From the NCBI GenBank assembly GCA_951406725.2, contig OX597817.1:93434001-93498000 (forward strand): DNA of 64,000 nucleotides, read 5' to 3'. Position 1 is the first letter of the stretch. Every line of letters begins with the position of its first letter. Positions 57,428 to 64,000 of this stretch are shown here, one piece after another. The notes below the pieces were generated by a model, which was not told the DNA's origin, ran no database searches, and was given only the letters and a program-made list of their open reading frames with translations. The position numbers and the translations under genes are program-made. The stretch comes from Octopus vulgaris. Taxonomy: Eukaryota.

Positions 57428-57682
57428 AGATAGGCAAGACAACTCACCTCTGATCCCATTCAGGAGTGATGGATAGCGATATTTCGCTATTTTTGTGGCT
57501 TATCAACATGTACCTAAATCAAACAGCGAATAGATTTTACACTAAAAATAATCATAACCAGGTGATTCGATTTGTTCCTAGTTAGATTCAGCTGCTATTA
57601 TGTTGATAAGCCACAAAAATGGTGAAATACTGGTGTTCAACACTCCTGAATAGGTTCAGAGACAAGTTGTCTCACCCATCTA
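57428..57682. repeat. Imperfect inverted repeat (MITE-like)
   Basis: atttttgtggcttatcaacat / atgttgataagccacaaaaat, attcaggagtg / cactcctgaat, gacaact / agttgtc. Confidence 0.7.
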
Positions 57683-58302
57683 TGACTTTCGACTGCTTTG
57701 ACACGCAGCATAATGAGGGAGTCATCCCCCAGGTACTATAATGCATGCAAACATGGATTGGACAGTTTGACTGGAGCTGGCCAGGCTCCAATTGTCTATT
57801 TTGGCATGATTTCTATGGCTGGATGCCCTTGCTAACACCAACCACTTTACAAAGTGTGCTGGGTGCTTTATATGTGGTACTGACACAAAGTGCTTTACAT
57901 ATGACACTAGAATGAGTACCTTATACACGGCACTAGCATGGGTGCTTTATACACGGCACTGGCACAGATGCTTTTTATGTGACACTAGCACCTATGAGCC
58001 TGCAGGACAAATACATCCCATCTAATGTGCTTGAATGTATAGATGACCACGATTAGCTTGATATATCTTCTCAAGCACAGCAAATCTCCAGAAGTCTGTC
58101 GCTTGTCATCTCTTCAGTGAGGCCTAAATTCTGAAGATTCTTTCTCACCACTTTCATAACAGTAACATGAAGTTACACTGTTATGAAATGAATTCAGGAA
58201 CGGCCATCTTTCGTTACAGATCCGTAACTATTTGTTATAAAAGAAAACCATTTTCAAATTTAGAAGGCAGTTTTATACCTTCATAAAGAATTACAATATA
58301 TA

Positions 58303-58640
58303 TCGTAGCACTCTGTCGGTTACAACGACGAGGGTTCCAGTTGATCCGATCAACGGAACAGTCTGCTTGTGAAATTAACATGCAAGTGGCTGAGCACTCC
58401 AGAATCGAGGAGATTCAGTGTGACACAAACCCTTTGAAATACAGGTACAACAGAAACAGAAAGAAAGAGTAAGAGAAAGTTGTGATGAAAGAATACAGCA
58501 GGGTTCGCCACCACTCCCTGCCGGAGCCTCGTGGAGCTTTAGGTGTTTTCGCTCAATAAACACAACGATGGGTCTGGGAATCGAAACCGCGATCCTACTA
58601 CTGCGAGTCCGCTGCCCTAACAACTGGGCCTCTGCACCTC
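58303..58640 (-). mobile_element. tRNA-derived SINE
   Basis: Minus strand head ggcccagttgttagggcagcggactc...ggtttcgattcccagacc. Confidence 0.7.
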
Positions 58641-59464
58641 TACTTATATATATATATATATATACACACGCACACACACATACATTAACCATGCCCCTCT
58701 CCTCACAGGAACCACCATACTGACCACAGAGCATATCTAATCCCATATGCCATGTTCTCAACATTCCAGCCAACCCTATATTAGTTCATTATTTTTTAAT
58801 CGATAATTCCATTTCGACCAATATACCAACTTCACCATACAATATCGAAATAGAAGGAAACTAGAGTCGTGAGATGAACATTCAGTTTCGATCATAATTG
58901 TGTGTGTGTATAAAAAAAAGTCTAATTTTTTACCAATCTGAAAAGCTTTTAGCGTCAAACTTCAGTTTCTATCACTTGAAAACAGTAACATTAAATCTTT
59001 CACTTCATATACTGAGCCCTTTATTCAATTAGGGCTTTTTGTTTTACATATAACATCTATCGTTATTATGCACACACATGTGTAGCAAATATTTGCGTGT
59101 ATTTTTAGAAGGGCTTGTGATCTAACGATACGCCATAAACTAAACCCTTTATGGACGAGAAACCAAAGGTAATAACATAAACCGGCCTTCTACATTTTTA
59201 ATATATGCTTCTTTCGGATTTGTTTTTACAGACGATATATATATACACACACATACCACATGGCAATTTGACTGCTATCTCTTAACAGTTGCAATCGCCG
59301 TTTAACCCTAGGGCAACTGTTATCGTATAAACCTGTAATCACAAACTTTACTGCAGTATCTTTTTGCATATACCTTGTCTGCTTTATCTACATCCCATCC
59401 CTTTTTTTTTTTCTTTTTTGGCACAGTGGGATGTGATTTGGCTGATTCTAATAAATTGTGTGTA

Positions 59465-59516
<52 letters not shown>

Positions 59517-60652
59517 TACACACACACACACACATAGTGAGAGCTTATCAATTAGGAATGGAACCTTATAGGTAACAATAACCGGTTGATAACATTAGAA
59601 GAGATAACATCCTGGACATGTTTGGGACCTACTAAACCTGATAGTACTGTCCCTGGTTATAAGCGATTTCCACTATATATATATATATATATAGTGTGTG
59701 TGTGTACACACGTGTGCGAGTGTAACACAATGTACGGCCTGTTTTAAGCGCGCGCAGTGTTACATTTAATGATAGGGTCCTGCCTCGAGGTGACCCCACT
59801 CACTAACGAAGATACGATTTTTCTTCAGAGATGTTGTATTTCAGAATACTTGAAATAACAATGTCTTGTTTTGTTATGAGCCCCTAAATCAAACCTGATC
59901 AAACAGAACCAAAGTCACATACGTTTCAGCTTTGACTATCCATTTTATTTCATCCAATGTCATTCACTATTTCATTTTGTTCCCTTTTAGATAATTAATA
60001 TAAATTTGAGGAGGATTTGGTTCTTTTTTCAAACAGGTCGAACATCCACGTACAGCTGTTCCCTGGTCAAGTAGGATTATGACAATAGGCATTCCTGCCA
60101 TGGCCATCACGTCTTCGGATTTCATCGTCCTTTAACCAATTTTTAAAAATGTCAGGATGCGTGCTATGAGATAGATTTGGTTATTTGTAGAGGATTGAAC
60201 AATGTCCGTGTTCAAGAGACAATAAAAACAAAGAAATAAGGATAGCCTTTATTTACTATTATGATAGAGGGAAGCGGTAGACATTAACAACAAGGTTGAA
60301 GACAGAAAACGGCGGCAAGAGGAGAAAGCCGGTCGACGGTATTCACACATCTGAAATTACGAACACAATGTGTGTATGTACATATATATAATTATTTATT
60401 TATTCATTATAAGGAAGTATATATACACGTGTATATAAATCCATATTTCATGCGTACAGACGGCTATCTTACATGCAATATAGCAATGTATGCGTGTGTG
60501 TATATACATATGTATTTAAAAATACGAGCCACGTATCTACTATACAGATAGATATACAAACGATTATTTCATATTTATAATATAGTATTGTGTGTGTATA
60601 TAAATATATAGCTCAGTGGGGTAGTTTTGAAAGAAGGGAGGAAATTACTTAC

Positions 60653-60950
60653 TTTGGTTAAATTGAAGTTTTGACTGAAGTTCGTAAGAAGAAAAAACTT
60701 AATATTCCTTCAAAGGTATAATCTTGTCAGTATGTTATAACTATATATATATATATATATTTACTACGTCTGTGTGAGTGTATTTATGTACTAAAGCCTT
60801 GTGAAGGCGGTGGTTTTATATGTATGTGTGAGAGAGAACGTGAGACGACGGCGGAAGTTACCAGAAACCCACAGATACGTAACACTAGTGGTCGTCGTAG
60901 TGGTGCTTGTAGTCATCACGTGACAGAATGGTCCTAGGGTATTTTTTTTA
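60653..60950 (-). promoter_or_regulatory. ZNF706: Probable ZNF706 promoter and non-coding first exon
   Basis: Donor caaa|gtaagt at 60653/60652; local CpG enrichment; ETS-like gcggaagt near 60850; E-box tcacgtga near 60916; first coding exon needs an upstream exon. Confidence 0.55.
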
Positions 60951-62340
60951 TTATTATCGTTGCTTATCATATCAATAAACCAAGTAAAGTAGTAGAATCC
61001 GAAAAATATTTGTAATTTCTGCATCGACAAATAGTAATTTTTGTTCTTTCCTCTCTCTTCCTCAAGCTCTTAATTCCTGAAAAAGTCGTAGAGACGCCGT
61101 CGTGACTTTTGTACGTATATGTGGCCTTTCATTTGATATATGTACATGCGATTGTAAACAACAAGGTGAAAAGAAAACATCTTTTTGACTATTACATAGA
61201 AAACTAGTCTATATTTTTCAAATCCTGACCATACAACGTTACATACAGCCACAATGGAAGAGACATTGTTTGGTCTAAAATAAATAGCCCGTAATGCATG
61301 AAATTTCAGTCACTTCTCAACTTATTTACAAGTTTTTAGCCCCCTGTGGGCAATAAAGAAATATATTTTGGATCATTTTCACAAACACTATGTTCACGAC
61401 ATTCATTAAATGCACTACACATTATCTTGTGTAATACCGATTCTGATTTCTTTTTCAGCTTCATTCATTACAATTGCTTTCACTATTGGTCGTCATTATG
61501 TTTATATAAAACGCAAGATCTTCAAACGTGTTGCCCATCCCTCTCCAGGTCAACGACAGCCGAGTCTTTCAGAGTGAAAAAATAGTGGAATTGTACTTTT
61601 TTCTATGAAATAGTGGAATAGTACATTTTTTCTATTGACACTTAAGAAAACATTGTTTCACTGAGATTTGAACCCAGTCGGATCAAATACCGTATGGCAT
61701 TCTATCCAACGCTCTCACGATTCGGCTATTTCGCCATCTTATGCTAAAACAACCGAAACAGTAGGAATAATGTTATACGGTGAGAACGAAAAGAAAGTGT
61801 GATGTTTTGAGCAGAACTCTTCGTCGAAGAGAAATAAAATGTTTACTTGAGTTGAAAGACAACTATATTAATCACTATATTACACATACAAGAAGCTAAC
61901 GAGGGATTCCTGTGATGTCACTCGACCTGCTTTAAACAAAAGTCAGATTTTTTCTCTGACTGTTTTATATAAGGACAAAAAAACATCCGCTAATATGGCC
62001 CTGTATACTCCTAAAAGATGACTGGAACGCTTTTGACCTCAAGTTTTTATGATCAGGGTTGATATGGCGGTGTGGAGGCAGAATTGTTAACACGTAAGGT
62101 AAAGTGTTTAGCTGCCTTTCTTCTGGGTTTATGTTTTGAGTTCAAATTCCACCGATGTCGACTTTGTCTTTTGTCCTCTCAGGGTGGATAAGTACCAGTT
62201 GAGCACCAGGGTCGATATAATCGACTTACTCCCTCCACCAAATTTTCAAGCCATGTATCTACCGTAGAAACAATAATATTTATTGCTTATGGTTTATCCC
62301 ACTAAAAATCTGTATTTATCTATTGACATATATATATATA

Positions 62341-63400
62341 TTGGGTTGGCAAGAAAGTAGTTTTGTTTTTTTAGTGTGAAATAAAAGTAATTTTTTTTTT
62401 GTACAAAGAATGAACTTTAATCAATTATGTATTTTCCATTTGTTCGATTACCATTTTGCCAACTTTCTGGCAACTGCATAATTCTGTGCTCATAGAACTT
62501 CTGGTCCTTATCAGCCAAAAACTGAAGCAAGTGCAATTTCAGGTCATCATCATTATTGAAAGTTTTACCATTCAAAGAATTTTGCAAACTTCGAAATCTG
62601 ATAGTGCAAGGTGAGGGCTATTTGGTGGATGTGACATTACTTCCCAACCAAGCTCCAATAATTTTTCATGAGTTAGCAAAGATATGTGTGGTCTAGCATT
62701 ATCATGGTAGAACATGATTCCTTTACAATTTGTCAATTCTTTGATTGCTTCCTCCAGTTTCATTAGTTGTTGACAGTAAACATCTGAATTGATCATTTGG
62801 TTCCTTGGAAGTAGCTCAAAATACACAGCACCTTTGTAATCCCACCAAATTAACAGCATGACCATTTTTGATGTGGCTTGTGCTGTTTCATTACACTTGG
62901 ACCATTACCATTTTCGATTGATGTTATTGTAGACAATCCATTTTTCATCACTAATGATGATTCATTTAAAAAAACGGTCGATTTTATTGTTTGAGATGCA
63001 TATTAGTTTAACACTTGGGAAGTGTTAAGTGAATCTCTTTCAACGTATGTGGAACCCAAATATCAAGCTTCTCATTGAGTCCAAGACAGTTTAAGTGATT
63101 TTCAATTGTGTGTGATACATTTAACCTATCTGCAATCTTTTGCACAGTTATATGACAACCAAATTCAATTATGGCTTTGATTTGGTCGTCTCAACTTCAG
63201 TTGGTTGACCAGAATATTGGTCATCTTTGAGAGAAAAATCTCCAGAACAGAATTTTAAAAATTATTCCTGATATGTGCATTCTGTTAAGCAATCAACACC
63301 ATAAACTTCACATATCTCTTTGTGAGCCTCAGCAGCTTTCTTGCCTTTATGGAAATAAAAAGCAAAATATGGCACTGAACTAACAGCTGTAAACAAAATT
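62341..63400 (-). mobile_element. Decayed mariner (DD34D-type) transposon
   Basis: VMLLIWWDYKG..YFELL..INSDVYCQQL..HDNARPH..HPPNSPHLALSDF; TA-ttgggttggc end. Confidence 0.85.
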
Positions 63401-63667
63401 ACGTGCAATTTGCTTCTAAAGTAAGCTAAATATAACAGCTATCAAATGTCAAAAGGAAAAATATCATTACATTGACAAAAGTCATTAAAAAAAAACCTAA
63501 CCATACTTATGTATTTTTTTTCACTATCATCTACTCATTTTAATTTTCTTCTGCTTTTCTGGATTTTTTCCTCTATAGATTGGAATCATTCAGACACTTA
63601 TTTATTCATACATTCTGAATAAAATAAACTTTATTTCTAAATTTATGAAATATGTGCTGGCAAAAAT

Positions 63668-63815
63668 TTTCATCATTAAGCTTGCTTTCCAACCACATGG
63701 TTTCAGGTTCTGTCCCACTGTGTGGCACCTTGGGCAAGCGTTTTCTACCATAGCCTGGGGCTGCCCAAAGCTTTGTGAGTGGATTTGGTTATCAGAAATT
63801 GAAAGAAGCCCATTG
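63668..63815 (+). mobile_element. tRNA-derived SINE, 5' half
   Basis: aaccacatggtttcaggttctgtcccactgtgtggcaccttgggcaag. Confidence 0.75.
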
Positions 63816-63835
63816 TGTGTGTGTGTGTGTGTATA

Positions 63836-63889
<54 letters not shown>

Positions 63890-63893
<4 letters not shown>

Positions 63894-64000
63894 GAATTCA
63901 CAAAAGACAAAGACAGGTGGTGTAGACAACAAACAGATGTATTAGTTTAATACTTGGGAAGTGAAAAAGTCTTTAATGTTTTGAGCCTACGCTCTTCCAC
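63890..64000 (-). mobile_element. Start of a pLTR-like repeat with decayed hammerhead-like end
   Basis: Minus strand gaagagcgtaggctcaaaacatt; related sequence near 56410-56500 and 63000-63030. Confidence 0.4.

Noticed and set aside
61800-61832. Decayed hammerhead-like motif (minus strand cgacgaagagttctgctcaaaacatc)
   Set aside because: Both core halves are mutated; a relic at best

Overview
AT-rich, repeat-dominated eukaryotic DNA. The SINE families and (TA)n abundance suggest an octopus or other cephalopod (inference). One host gene is recognisable: ZNF706 on the minus strand, with coding exons 49218-49352 and 47731-47820 (74 aa), a probable 5'UTR exon and promoter near 60.65-60.95 kb, and a splice donor 3 nt after the stop codon. 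Positions 1-31 kb are a (TA)n matrix, including a ~4.8 kb near-pure tract, holding a DD37D maT transposon, Helitrons, Neptune-type Penelope elements, CR1-like LINEs, an RTE tail and a Hero-like tail. The main unexplained pattern is a series of type-I hammerhead ribozyme motifs read directly from the sequence (76-122, 2106-2191, 3827-3884, 10079-10123, 12452-12496, 35083-35193, 37546-37647, decayed copies near 44.4 and 44.8 kb). Most face outward in the arms of fold-back elements. One such element (44323-44873) is a TSD-flanked head-to-head palindrome of two units, each a tRNA-like head, a microsatellite and a hammerhead. It looks like a Penelope-mobilised ribozyme-carrying SINE. All YI/IY-rich ORFs are microsatellite artefacts.
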